Below, in pieces: positions 17,472 to 27,900 of a stretch of 31,442 nucleotides of DNA. Position 1 is the stretch's first letter; each line of letters begins with the position of its first letter. This DNA comes from Candidatus Thorarchaeota archaeon (GTDB taxonomy: Archaea; Asgardarchaeota; Thorarchaeia; Thorarchaeales; Thorarchaeaceae), in contig JBHIAE010000032.1 in the NCBI GenBank assembly GCA_046758445.1, forward strand, positions 1-31,442, in the 5' to 3' direction. Made by a program: the position numbers and the translations under genes. The notes beneath the pieces are model-generated. The model worked only from the letters and a program-made list of their open reading frames with translations. It was not told the DNA's origin and did no database searches.

Positions 17472-18122
17472 ATGTCACTACTTGAGAAGATCAAGAGCGT
17501 GCCCAAGGCAGCCTTGGTTGGATATCTCGCACCATTCATTGCTCTGTTTGGTATTGCAATTTCCATTGGCCTATCACCAAGCTTTGACTGGGCAGCCAAT
17601 GCGCTTAGCGACCTAGGTCACTATACGAGGACTGACATAGGACCGAACCCTCTTGTGCGTGCGATAGTGTTCAATGTCGGATTGGCCACAACTGGAATTC
17701 TGATGATAATCATCACACTCGGCTTTATGATGCAGCTCAAAGATCTTCCCACCAGAATTGCCATGGTGCCCTTTCTTCTCGCCGCAGGGTTCCTCACACT
17801 GATTGGAATCTTCTCGGAGAACTTCAACCCAACTCATCGAATCGTGTCCGAAGGGCTCTTCATGAGCTTTCCGTGGGCGATGTGGTTCGTTGGCCTTTCG
17901 TGGCTTCGGTTTCCTCGTCTCCGATGGTTTAGTGTGATTTCCCTGCTCCTGCCATTCGTTTCGGTCTATCTGTGGGGCGGGACCTTCGCCGGAACAATGC
18001 CCTGGACGGGTGTCGCGATACCAGAGCTCTTGACAGCGCTCACTGCAATTGTCTGGGTCTGGTTGATCCTGACCCTTGAGGTGAAAGGACACCTAGAACC
18101 ATTACTTACCAGAGGTGATTAG
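17472..18122 (+). CDS. DUF998-like membrane protein
   Basis: SPSFDWAANALSDLG, IVFNVGL, LIGIFSE...H, VAIPELL; about 6 TM helices. Confidence 0.75.
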   Translation: MSLLEKIKSVPKAALVGYLAPFIALFGIAISIGLSPSFDWAANALSDLGHYTRTDIGPNPLVRAIVFNVGLATTGILMIIITLGFMMQLKDLPTRIAMVPFLLAAGFLTLIGIFSENFNPTHRIVSEGLFMSFPWAMWFVGLSWLRFPRLRWFSVISLLLPFVSVYLWGGTFAGTMPWTGVAIPELLTALTAIVWVWLILTLEVKGHLEPLLTRGD

Positions 18123-18186
18123 GTAGCAAGGATGCTTGCTCCAACTTGATAGGTTCGTGAGTTTTGTGGAGGAGTGTGCCTGAATC

Positions 18187-18777
18187 TTGGTCAAACGTTA
18201 CCAGATTGGAATCCTTGCACCAGTGATTGCATTCGTTTCGATTGCGGCTTCGATAATTATGTCTCCATGGTTTGACTGGACCCAACATGATCTCAGCCAC
18301 CTGGGAATGTATGAGAATGGTTCCGCAGCTGCTATCATCTTCAATGGTGGCCTGATGGCCACGGGAGTGTTAATGCTCATCTTCTTCATTGGATATACAC
18401 GGAGCGTTGACGAAACATCGATACAGCTATTGATGCTGCCCTTCATCATTGCAATGGCATCCCTAACTCTCATTGGAGTGTTTCCGGCGGGCTCTGGTCC
18501 GGTCCATTTCATTGCATCACTCGGTTTCCTACTTTCTTTTCCGTTTGCTATGAGCATCGTAGGAATCTCATGGATTAGAATTGAAAGCCGCAGAGTCTTT
18601 GCTGCAGCATCTTTGGTGGTTGGGATTCTGCTTCTTCTGATGTGGATACTGGTCCTGATTAGCCCCTCCTTCACTTTTGGAGCCGCAATCCCAGAAACTC
18701 TAACTGCTGTATCTGCCGCCATCTGGCTTTGGTTGGCATGGTCTCGATATATGGTCCGAAGAACTCCTCCGGCGTGA
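18187..18777 (+). CDS. DUF998-like membrane protein (paralog of the upstream gene)
   Basis: SPWFDWTQHDLSHLG, IIFNGGL, LIGVFP...H, AAIPETL; TTG start. Confidence 0.72.
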   Translation: MVKRYQIGILAPVIAFVSIAASIIMSPWFDWTQHDLSHLGMYENGSAAAIIFNGGLMATGVLMLIFFIGYTRSVDETSIQLLMLPFIIAMASLTLIGVFPAGSGPVHFIASLGFLLSFPFAMSIVGISWIRIESRRVFAAASLVVGILLLLMWILVLISPSFTFGAAIPETLTAVSAAIWLWLAWSRYMVRRTPPA

Positions 18778-18939
18778 TAGCAGGCGAGGTTTCGTGTCTG
18801 GCTACCTAGCTCCTCTCTAGACTTTCATTGGGAAACAGGACACACTTTTTAGACCGCTATTGACTTAGTCCAACTCCAAATCATGCCCAATTCTTCTGCA
18901 TGCAGAAACCTACCATGTTCCTAGAGCTGATGACATATC

Positions 18940-20136
18940 ATGGAGAGTGACACACTAGTTCCAGCAGGATGGTACAGGTGGATAATCCTAGTTCTCACCT
19001 GGCTAGTCTACTTCTCCTTCGGTTTGATCTTAACTTCGATTCCGCCCTTGGTAACTCCAATAGCTGATGACCTCTCGCTGACGTTCTCTCAGGTGGGTGT
19101 AATATTGGGCAGTGTCATTGTAATGTACGTGCCCTTGGCTATTCCCATAGGTGTGTCAATAGATCGCATCGGTCAGAAGAGGATGATCACCGCGGGAGTT
19201 CTATTCATCTCCATGTCCGCAGTCCTTCGTGCATTCGCATTCAATTTCGAAACGCTATTCCTAACAGTGTTCCTCTTCGGATTCGGTGGACCGACCATTT
19301 CCACCGGACTTGCCAAAGTGGTCGCATCGTTCTTTGAAGGAAGAGAGCGAGGTCTAGCCTCTGGTGTATACATGACTGGAGCGATTATCGGCTCTTCCAC
19401 TGCTCTGGCCGTGACGAATTCACTTGTACTCCCCCTTGTGGGCACTTGGCGAAATGTGTTCGTTTTCTATGGTGTGACTGGAATTCTCATTGCTGCTGTT
19501 TGGGTCTTACTGGCAAGAGAGCCAAAGGAGAGTGAGGATTATGGCCAGAGTACTCTGTCGCTGAGAGAGATGACAGGAACTTTGCTTGGCCACAGACAAG
19601 TTTGGATCGTTGCGATTATCGGTTCCTCATCCTTTCTCGTATTCTATGGATTCACAAATTGGCTACCTGCATTGCTAGAAATGAGAGGGCTGAGTCCTAC
19701 CGAAGCAGGATTACTCTCTTCTCTGCCGGGGTGGGTCGGTCTCGTGGGGAGTGCAATCATACCTGGCCTAGCTAAAGCTGGTTCAAGAAGACCGATTGTC
19801 ATCATCACTCTGCTTATTCAAGGTATAAGCATGATGCTGGCCGGGTTGACCAATGGAACATCTCTCCTTGCATCGCTAGTTGCGTACGGGGTGACGAGCG
19901 GAGCTTCTATGCCTCTGCTACTTGTGGTCCTTATGGACCTCCCTGACGTAGGAGCAGAATACACTGGAGTTGCCAGCGGAGTTTTCTTCTCAATAGGAGC
20001 ATTCTGCGGTTTCATTGGGCCAATCATTGTTGGCTATCTGACCGACATAACCAGTTCGTTCATTCCGGCGGTTACTGCGTTGACCCTAATTGTAGAGGCA
20101 GTGATAGTACTGACTGTGTTCTTGAAAGAAACGTAG
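18940..20136 (+). CDS. MFS transporter (CynX/NimT-like)
   Basis: About 12 TM segments, motif A GVSIDRIGQKR, FEGRERGLASG, NWLPALL, GPIIVGYLTD. Confidence 0.9.
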   Translation: MESDTLVPAGWYRWIILVLTWLVYFSFGLILTSIPPLVTPIADDLSLTFSQVGVILGSVIVMYVPLAIPIGVSIDRIGQKRMITAGVLFISMSAVLRAFAFNFETLFLTVFLFGFGGPTISTGLAKVVASFFEGRERGLASGVYMTGAIIGSSTALAVTNSLVLPLVGTWRNVFVFYGVTGILIAAVWVLLAREPKESEDYGQSTLSLREMTGTLLGHRQVWIVAIIGSSSFLVFYGFTNWLPALLEMRGLSPTEAGLLSSLPGWVGLVGSAIIPGLAKAGSRRPIVIITLLIQGISMMLAGLTNGTSLLASLVAYGVTSGASMPLLLVVLMDLPDVGAEYTGVASGVFFSIGAFCGFIGPIIVGYLTDITSSFIPAVTALTLIVEAVIVLTVFLKET

Positions 20137-20161
20137 AGAAGTGAATCTTCGATGTGCGCCC

Positions 20162-20200
20162 AAAAGGAAAGGAAAGCGCCCTGCAAGTGACAGGGCCTTT
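20162..20200. terminator. Hairpin plus pyrimidine tract between convergent genes
   Basis: GCCCTG(20178-83)-7-nt loop-CAGGGC(20191-96), extendable by AAAG/CTTT. On the minus strand it is followed by TTTCCTTTCCTTTT. Confidence 0.55.
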
Positions 20201-20208
20201 GCAGAACT

Positions 20209-21519
20209 TCACTCGATTAATCGATCTAGCAGTTCTAGGAGCTCCACTACCTCTAGCTTGGAGCCAAGATCAGACATGTCGGCGCCAGTTTCTGCTTCCT
20301 CCTCCTTGAGGGCTTTGATGCCATCATTGAAGTTGGTCACACAGAAAGGACACGAGGTCATGATGACTTCTGCACCGGTTGATGCCGCTTCTTTCAGTCT
20401 CTCCTTTGCTGTTGCAAGTGCAAAGTCAGGAAACTGAGCTTTGACACCGCCACCAGCACCGCAGCAGAAGCTGTCACCCTTGATTCTATACATCTCGCGT
20501 AGATCCAGCCCAGGGATTGCATTCAGCACAACTCTCGGAAGTTCGAAGTGTGCCGCCTTGGCCTTCTTCCCTTTCCTACTGTCAAGCAACCAATTGTCGG
20601 ACTTTTCGAGGATCTCCTTCTCAATGGCCAGGCCAACGTGCCTGATACTATGACATGGATCATGCCATGTCACTTTCTTGGCATAGGACTTGTCAATCTT
20701 GAGCTTCTCTGCATCGATGAGGTCATACACAAACTCAACTGCGTGTCTGACTTTGAAGGGCAATGGCTCGCCACTCATCGTGGGGTAGTCGTTTCTAAAC
20801 GTCTTGTAGCAACCTGCACAGCTGAACAGCACTAGGTCAAAGTCCTTGAACAGCTCCCGGTTCTCCTGCATGACCTGCATGAAGACGTCCCGCTGACCTG
20901 TCCTAAGAATCGGAGATCCACAACAGACCTCGTCGCTGAGTACTGTGAAATCAATGCCCAGCTTGTTCAGGATGCTGCCAGTGTGCACCGCAATCTGCTG
21001 TTGACGGTATGCTGCCGTGCAGCCGACAAAGTAAGCAACCTTGACATCAGACCTGTCGACCTCTCCGCTGTACCACTTTGTACGTTCCGCCCTGGGTTCA
21101 TTGTACGGATTCCTCAGGCCGTCATCGCCCACTCTGACTGCGAAGCCTTTGTGCTTGTCAAGGGGCTCCACACCCGACTCAATGACTGCAGCCCTGAGTG
21201 CCTCCGTGATTGCAACGGTGTCAATATAGTTCTCGCACTGGCTTTCACACATTCCGCAGGTGGTGCATGCTTCTGCTATCTCAAGCAGCTCTCTACTTGA
21301 AGAGAGCTCACCATCTAGAAACGCCTTGGTCATCCACTGCTTGCCAGAATTGTAGTATCCTTCCCAACCATAGTATATGCCTGCAGGACAGCCCTGCAGC
21401 ATACCTGTGTACTCCTCTGTTTCGCCCTCTTTGTCTGGCTCACCAGAATAGGCGTACTGGCATGCTCGGCAGTGAATGCAGCGGGCATTGACTTTGCGCA
21501 GCTCTTCTAGACTTGTCAT
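20209..21519 (-). CDS. Fe-S oxidoreductase, HdrD/GlcF-like (2x[4Fe-4S] + 2 CCG domains)
   Basis: CIHCRAC...CP, CTTCGMCESQC, FVGC/EVCCG/SCAGC and HDPC/CCGAGGG/SCPFC; SD GGAGG at 21531-21535. Confidence 0.9.
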   Translation of the reverse strand: MTSLEELRKVNARCIHCRACQYAYSGEPDKEGETEEYTGMLQGCPAGIYYGWEGYYNSGKQWMTKAFLDGELSSSRELLEIAEACTTCGMCESQCENYIDTVAITEALRAAVIESGVEPLDKHKGFAVRVGDDGLRNPYNEPRAERTKWYSGEVDRSDVKVAYFVGCTAAYRQQQIAVHTGSILNKLGIDFTVLSDEVCCGSPILRTGQRDVFMQVMQENRELFKDFDLVLFSCAGCYKTFRNDYPTMSGEPLPFKVRHAVEFVYDLIDAEKLKIDKSYAKKVTWHDPCHSIRHVGLAIEKEILEKSDNWLLDSRKGKKAKAAHFELPRVVLNAIPGLDLREMYRIKGDSFCCGAGGGVKAQFPDFALATAKERLKEAASTGAEVIMTSCPFCVTNFNDGIKALKEEEAETGADMSDLGSKLEVVELLELLDRLIE

Positions 21520-21950
21520 GTCAATCCATTCCTCCGTTTCTTTTCCATTATAATAGACGTTTCGTTATGTGCTATGGGCTAGATACAAGAGAGGCTTCGC
21601 CACTGTCGTCATGTTGTGACCACTGTGGAGGCTAAGGCCATACTTGACAAGTTGACCCGAGCAAATCCGATATATCAAGACTTCGTTGATTCTATCCGCA
21701 TCTCTCCGGGTCAAGATTATCCCCAGATTTCATTCTTGAGCTCTATTCGCGGCACTCAATTGATGTGTCATCATGGTCCTTGTTTTGAAACTGAACCCAA
21801 GAGATGGGGTGCTTGTGTGTTTCAGTCGATTTCACTGTCGATTCGCCATAGAACCGTGTCTTGCTGATGACAAGGACTAGGTCCACAATCTACGTCCTAT
21901 GACATCGTAGTAGGGCAAACAGCCAGTTGTCCATTGAGTGTTTCTTCCAG

Positions 21951-22961
21951 CTACGCCGAGCCAGACCCTAATCTTCCGGTGACTTTGGCGAATAGACCTT
22001 CCTTCCATCCTATGAGGAGAACCACAGCAACTAACATGGCAACTAGGCCTCCTCCAATTACCAGGCCAGTCAAATCCGCAGGTGCGCCATTGGTTTCAGT
22101 TGTGGTTGTTGTGATGATTCCGCGATCACCGATAGCAATCCAGTTCAGGTCGCAAACCCCTGATTTCACATAGACGGAGAAATCCGAGATCGTTCTGTGG
22201 TAGACCGAAGAATCTCTCAAGTCATTTTCGTTCCCTGTGGAATTGTCTTGTGTTGTGCATACTGTCGGAAGAGAAGTGTAAGGAGTGTCGTAGCTGACTA
22301 CAGTCCAGTTCCGCAAGTCAAGTTGTCTGTGTACTCCGTACTCAATCTGGTCACTTGAGCCACCACTGCCCGTGCCCACAGCAATCCAAGTGATATTCAG
22401 GGTGTACTTGGAATATACCTTGAAATCGTTCGTAGTGACTTCCTTGATAGATGCCGCTCTTGTATCTGCTCCAGCTGTTAATTGAGATATCACTACAGAT
22501 GGTGTCGTGCTCCATGCTGCGGTGAAGTTGACTGTTACCCATCTTCCTGCCGTGACGTTCTGTGTTCCATGTTCGTAGACTTTGTCATCTCCACTGCCAG
22601 GTCCGTAAGCCACCCAGCTCACATTGCCCAAATACCTTGAATATACCTCAAAGCCTGTGGTGGTTCGATTTGTCGTATGTAATGACCTGAGATCATTCTC
22701 TTTACCTTCGCTATGGTCACTTACCGTGACCAACACCGTTGGAGCGGAGGTGAATGTCGCTCCAAAATCGACATGATTCCAGCTCGTCGTCGTTATCTCG
22801 ATTCTCCCGGCATCCCAAACGCCATCGGCCAAGAGAGCCCTCGGTCCAGTATCTTCCAACGCAGTTTCCTGTCTTGCCTGGACTGGTATGTACATGACAA
22901 GAATCTGAATGAGAAGAATGGAGAGCACCATGCCTGTAGCAATTCTAACGGTTCTGACCAT
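21951..22961 (-). CDS. Membrane-anchored protein with three tandem H-type-lectin-like domains
   Basis: Signal peptide, three ~70-aa repeats (W..V.F...F...P.V...T..F.VY...W.A.G), poly-Thr linker, C-terminal TM helix. Confidence 0.72.
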   Translation of the reverse strand: MVRTVRIATGMVLSILLIQILVMYIPVQARQETALEDTGPRALLADGVWDAGRIEITTTSWNHVDFGATFTSAPTVLVTVSDHSEGKENDLRSLHTTNRTTTGFEVYSRYLGNVSWVAYGPGSGDDKVYEHGTQNVTAGRWVTVNFTAAWSTTPSVVISQLTAGADTRAASIKEVTTNDFKVYSKYTLNITWIAVGTGSGGSSDQIEYGVHRQLDLRNWTVVSYDTPYTSLPTVCTTQDNSTGNENDLRDSSVYHRTISDFSVYVKSGVCDLNWIAIGDRGIITTTTTETNGAPADLTGLVIGGGLVAMLVAVVLLIGWKEGLFAKVTGRLGSGSA

Positions 22962-23197
22962 CCATTTGACCCTCCATTTCCAATAATCGCAATATCGTCA
23001 CCATGTAGTCTTAGAGACGTTCTTCGTTCAAATGCAGGATATCCTGCCACTTTGGTGTGACAGGTCAATTCATTGTTTCACGCAGATTGGCTTGAACGTA
23101 TCATAGAGCGTCTGCTCCTCAATGCTGATGCTTGTTTCAAATTCTGTCAGGCAATGGATGTCATAAGCACGACAGAATGCATGAATTCTACAGCTTC

Positions 23198-24721
23198 CTA
23201 GGCCATGTCCTCATACGGGTTGGGTAGATCGGTTACAGCTTCCCATGGAATTGCTAGACGACCTGGATGTAGGATCAGGTTCGGGTCCAGGACTTTCCTG
23301 AACTTGACTAGCATTCGATAGTATTCCTTTGCCCTGGAGAAGGTCTGCGGCGCATGGACGAATGGATCTGGTCTATAGTTGAGCCATCCATTGTTCAGTA
23401 CTTCTTTGGTTGATTCTAGATTCCATTCTCGAATCTTCTCCATGATACCAGGTTCAGTACTGTCAAAACAGAGAATCGGCATCACAATGGCCTGCCTAGC
23501 ATGGTCGATAGAGGCTACCCACATTGTCGGTGGGAATCCGTACTCTTCCATACTCTGACAGTACATCTCAGCAGCCCTGCCAGCTTCCAGCCAAGGGGTG
23601 TAGACTGTGACGAACAAGAAGCCGGCCTGCCAGAGTGCGTAGGGAATGGCAATCTTGTTAGGCTTCTTGAGCCGTGAGGCCACCTGCTTTGGGTGTAAGT
23701 CCTGTTTAGGAGTCTTCCTCGAGTGCTTCACCTCGTAGTCTTTGTAGACCTCGTCAATCTTCTTCAGGGTGAAGTCAAGCTCCTCCTTTGACCATGCCCA
23801 GCATTCATAGTTCATCCATTTCTTGTCCACGCCAATCTTCTTGTAGAACTCGTAGTCGAGCGGTACGTTGGTCTTGGGCCAGCGGGTCATGACCAGCTCA
23901 TAGTTGCCACCTTGCACCATTACAGTTCGTTCACCAACGCCCATCTCGTGCTTTGATATCTCCCAAGCGGGCTTGATGATGTCATCCCAGGTTTCGCCTC
24001 CATATGCAACCACTGTCTTGTAATGTGGATGCGGAACCATCTTGATAGCGCACTTCGTGATGATTCCCATCGAGCCCTGTGAGCCTAGGAATAGACCGTC
24101 CGGATTCGGTCCGACACCCCAGCGATAGAATGGCTTGGCCCCGGGAAGCGCCCATGAACCAGTGTGGAATATCTCGCCTGTTGGAAGCACAATTTCCATG
24201 CCCATTATCATATCCGCTTGGGGACCGTAGACTCCAGTTACAAGCGAGAAGCCTCTCTCTATGGCATCGCCGAGGACAGTCGCGGCTGGCGGAGCACCGT
24301 CAGGTATTGGTGGTGCCCAGTCCGGATACTTGGTCTTGAAGATTCTCCATGCATCGCCTGACTTGAGGCCCGGCTCAACAATCATGACACGATTCTCAAC
24401 GTCGACCTCTAGGCCCTCCATTCGGGTCATGTCCATGAGAATCCCCCCGGGCTCAATAGCCGGGAGAGCGAAGCCTCCACTGAGACCGCCCGCAGCCGGT
24501 GTAACCGGGCTCAGATTCTCGTTCGCCACAATCAGAATCTTGGACACCTCTTCTGCGCTGGCTGGTCTAACAACGGCTTCGGGGACCACAGCCTCTAGGC
24601 CCATGATACCCCTGGCCATGTATGAGTGGCGAAGTGGTTCACTTGTGGTGACGAACTCCTTGCCGCATATGGCCACGAGTTTCTTCACCACTTCGTCGGT
24701 GACCTTGTTGTAGTTACTCAA
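23198..24721 (-). CDS. FAD-binding oxidoreductase, VAO/PCMH (GlcD-like) family
   Basis: PEAVVRPASAEEV, GGILMDMTRM, VEPG, GMEIVLPTGE, GSQGSMGIITK, LDPNLILHPG; TTG start with GGAGG SD at 24730-24734. Confidence 0.9.
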   Translation of the reverse strand: MSNYNKVTDEVVKKLVAICGKEFVTTSEPLRHSYMARGIMGLEAVVPEAVVRPASAEEVSKILIVANENLSPVTPAAGGLSGGFALPAIEPGGILMDMTRMEGLEVDVENRVMIVEPGLKSGDAWRIFKTKYPDWAPPIPDGAPPAATVLGDAIERGFSLVTGVYGPQADMIMGMEIVLPTGEIFHTGSWALPGAKPFYRWGVGPNPDGLFLGSQGSMGIITKCAIKMVPHPHYKTVVAYGGETWDDIIKPAWEISKHEMGVGERTVMVQGGNYELVMTRWPKTNVPLDYEFYKKIGVDKKWMNYECWAWSKEELDFTLKKIDEVYKDYEVKHSRKTPKQDLHPKQVASRLKKPNKIAIPYALWQAGFLFVTVYTPWLEAGRAAEMYCQSMEEYGFPPTMWVASIDHARQAIVMPILCFDSTEPGIMEKIREWNLESTKEVLNNGWLNYRPDPFVHAPQTFSRAKEYYRMLVKFRKVLDPNLILHPGRLAIPWEAVTDLPNPYEDMA

Positions 24722-24968
24722 TCAATGATCCTCCGTGTTTATCCAGTTTGATGAATCGTGATTTGTCGAAAGCGATACCCCGCTGGAAATCACCCTCATA
24801 AATAGGCATCGACTTGCCATGGCAAAGAATCTCAGAAACTTTGCATCTTGAACCACACTTCGAAACTGCCTGGAGGGAACGCTGTCCACTGACTATCCGG
24901 AGTGACTTCTGAAGATGATAGAGCCACTCGATGGATGCCCATGATAGGACGGCACTGGGAAACGAGGG

Positions 24969-27900
24969 TCACTCTTCTTGCTCTTCTTCTTCCACAGGCA
25001 GCAGTTCTTCAAGCTGAGCCTTGGTGAGTTTCTGGAGTTCTTCGAGGCCCATTATCTCCTTGATTTCTTCAGCTAGTATGTCGATGATTTCCGCCTTAGT
25101 CAAACGCGTCTTGGGTTTGGCCACAACCTCTTCGGGTTTGTCATCCATTTCCTCGACCATTTCAGCTTCCGGCAGTTCTTTCTCGGTCGGTGGAACAATC
25201 TCGGTTGGCTCATCTGCAATCTCAGGCAGCAATCTGTCCACCTCGCGTCTTTCCCTAATGGCACCTGATGCTCTTGAAACGCCCTGTGCCATCTTAGAGG
25301 TCACATATGGAATGACCAAGATGAAGATGACTGGCATGAGCACGATGACACCTAGAGAGTAGCTTCTCAGAAAGTCCATTGTGAGGACGGTCGTACCGGC
25401 CAAGACAACCAAGAACATAAAGAACTTCATGCGGATAGATGAACCCATCTTCTCGACAAGGTCCACACATTCCTGTTCTACCACGATCGGTGGCGTTCCC
25501 AAGGTAGCCATCTCTTTGACTCTTGAGAGTCCACTGCGAACCTCCCTGTAGAGATTCACGACGACTATGATTATCGAAGAAATGTATGCAGCGAATATTG
25601 TGAGCACAATAGTCGGAACATATACCTCGCCCAATCGTAGGACCTCTCTAAGTACATAGTACTCGAACCATTCGATATGGAAGCCCCAGTCGAATATCTG
25701 TACAATGGAGATTGGCACGAATATCAGATGCCATAGGCCAAGCAGCATTCTCCTTCTGTTGATTTTCTGTGTGTGCAAGATTGATGAAGATGCGTCTCTG
25801 TAGAGCCAAATCCCATACAATATGAGCGAGATGCCAAGGACCAAGACGCTCTCGGCCACCGCAAGCGCAAAGTTGCCTGCCCCTGCGGAGATATACGAGT
25901 GAAGGATGGTCAATCCGGCGAGGCCTACTACACTACCATATAGATAGTCCAGTCTTCGAATCCCTCTCATCAGCTGTTCTTGTGTCCCCCTAGTGATTGA
26001 CAGACCTCGAGAGATTCTAAAGTATATGACCATCCCAACGAAGCTAATCAAGAAGACGATTATGAAGAGCACACCAAAGGATTCGAAAGTCAGGGCTATT
26101 TGTGGTACAGCTACGTCGACCCAGACAGAAGCTAGTTCCTGTCCTGGGAAGGCTACACACATCGCTCCTTCAGCTTCTACGACGATGGCATTGTCGCCAA
26201 AGCCATGGTCTGCCACGACGTAACTCACCAAGTATTCTCCAATCTGTGTTGTTTCAATGGCGTCCTTCAGGTGATTCTGGAACGTGATACTGATGTTCAG
26301 GCCTGACACAGGGTTACCATACTTGTCTGTCACCTCTATGGTGATGTTGATTAGATCTCCTTGTTGTGGCTTCTCTGGCATGAACTCTACGTGGAACTGC
26401 AGCTCTGCCAAGACCTCCACATTACCTTTCAGTGTAGATTCTTGCGCCAAATACGGATGACTCACCGTCAGGGTGTAATTGTAGTCCCCGGCAGCCCAGC
26501 CCGCAGTCGATACGACCCTGGTGTATGTTCCGTTGTCCTCATCAGTCAGCACAAAGAATGAATCGTGGATGAGGACAGAAACATAACCACCATCCATCAC
26601 GTTGTCGAGCATGTCCCTGAGGTCTACTCTGAAGACAATGGAATCTGTTCCTTGTATATAGGCAGTATTCTCCATGGGTGAGAACAAAGTGGCATTTGTT
26701 TCACTCTTTACTTGGACTACTCTTGTCACCCACTTGGTGGGAATGCGAGGACCTGAGATGGTCACATTGAGAACATAAGAACCCGGCAGCAGCTGCGGGA
26801 CGAAGGTCCAAGTCTTGTTGTAGAAGTCTGCAGTGCCTGATGTGTTGTATACACCGCCAAGATCCATGAAGTAGTTGAACTCGTTTACTGTGAAGCCGCC
26901 CAAGTCGGTGACAAGAACCTCAAACATTGCATTCTCGTAGTTCACAATCGTATCCGGCTTAGTATTCACGACGATATTCGTATCTCCTGTCAGTGAGATA
27001 CTCACGGCGAGCTGTTGGGTGTCCATGAAAGCTTGAGACACAATAACCTGCGCTAGGTATTCGCCAATTTGGAGGTCTGTGGCGGCGACGGTACCGTTGT
27101 AGATCCCATCTGATACTTCACTCAAGAAGTACGTTCTACCACCAACACGAAGCTCGACAGTAGCCCCGGTGATATTGTTGAACAACTCGTCCTGTACAAG
27201 GACACTGAACTCAATGTTGTCTCCTTGAGTGAACGCTGCACCATCCATCGGTGCCAAAATGCTGGCGGCCACTACTCCTTTCACACCGATGCTGAAGTTG
27301 AATGTGGTGTACAGGAGGTATGTTCCATTCAGGGTGATATTCAACCAATAGTTGCCTGCGATGAAATTGGGAAGCACTGTCCATGACAACTTATGCGATG
27401 TTGAATAACCACTCTTGTTATAGACTCCTGCGAAGTCAAGAGTATAGTCGAAGTTGGGCAATGGAATGCTATACTGGTCTGTGATTGTGAGATTGAAAGT
27501 GACGTTGAACTTGTTCTGTACAGGACTCGGATTAACCGAGAGGTCGACCTCGGCATAGCCCTCTACGAATAGCTCCAAGTATGCTGAATCAGTGGTCAGA
27601 TAGTCGTGCGATATTCCGACTGTGACGCTATATTGACCTAGGGGGAGTCCTGCTGTGGGAACAATCCTTGAGTAGACACCAGACGCCCCTTCTGTCAGGG
27701 TGTATGTACTCCCCCTGAGAGTTGCAGTTACTTCGGCTCCTGAGATGGAGTAAGTCGCCAAATCTTCGACAAAGACTGTGAAGTTGATCTGATTGCCCTG
27801 AAGGTATGTTGACTGATTCAGCGGCGAGAGAACGCTTGCCAGCGTACTCCCCAAGACGTCCACCCAGACCACGAACTGGCTCTGAGATAGGAATGGCCCA

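Noticed and set aside
18198-18722. 174-aa minus-strand ORF and similar antisense ORFs over membrane-protein genes
   Set aside because: They lie fully antisense to well-supported hydrophobic CDSs and have no motifs of their own.
21520-21950. 83-aa ORF (21616-21867) or a C/D-box sRNA in the long spacer
   Set aside because: The ORF has no recognisable motif or clear SD. TGATGA box-C-like words lack a suitably spaced CTGA box D. Only weak hairpins are present.
26079-26200. GPS/GAIN autoproteolysis site before TM1 of the giant protein
   Set aside because: There is no CxCxHL(T/S) motif and only one Cys; the last Ig-like unit runs directly into TM1.
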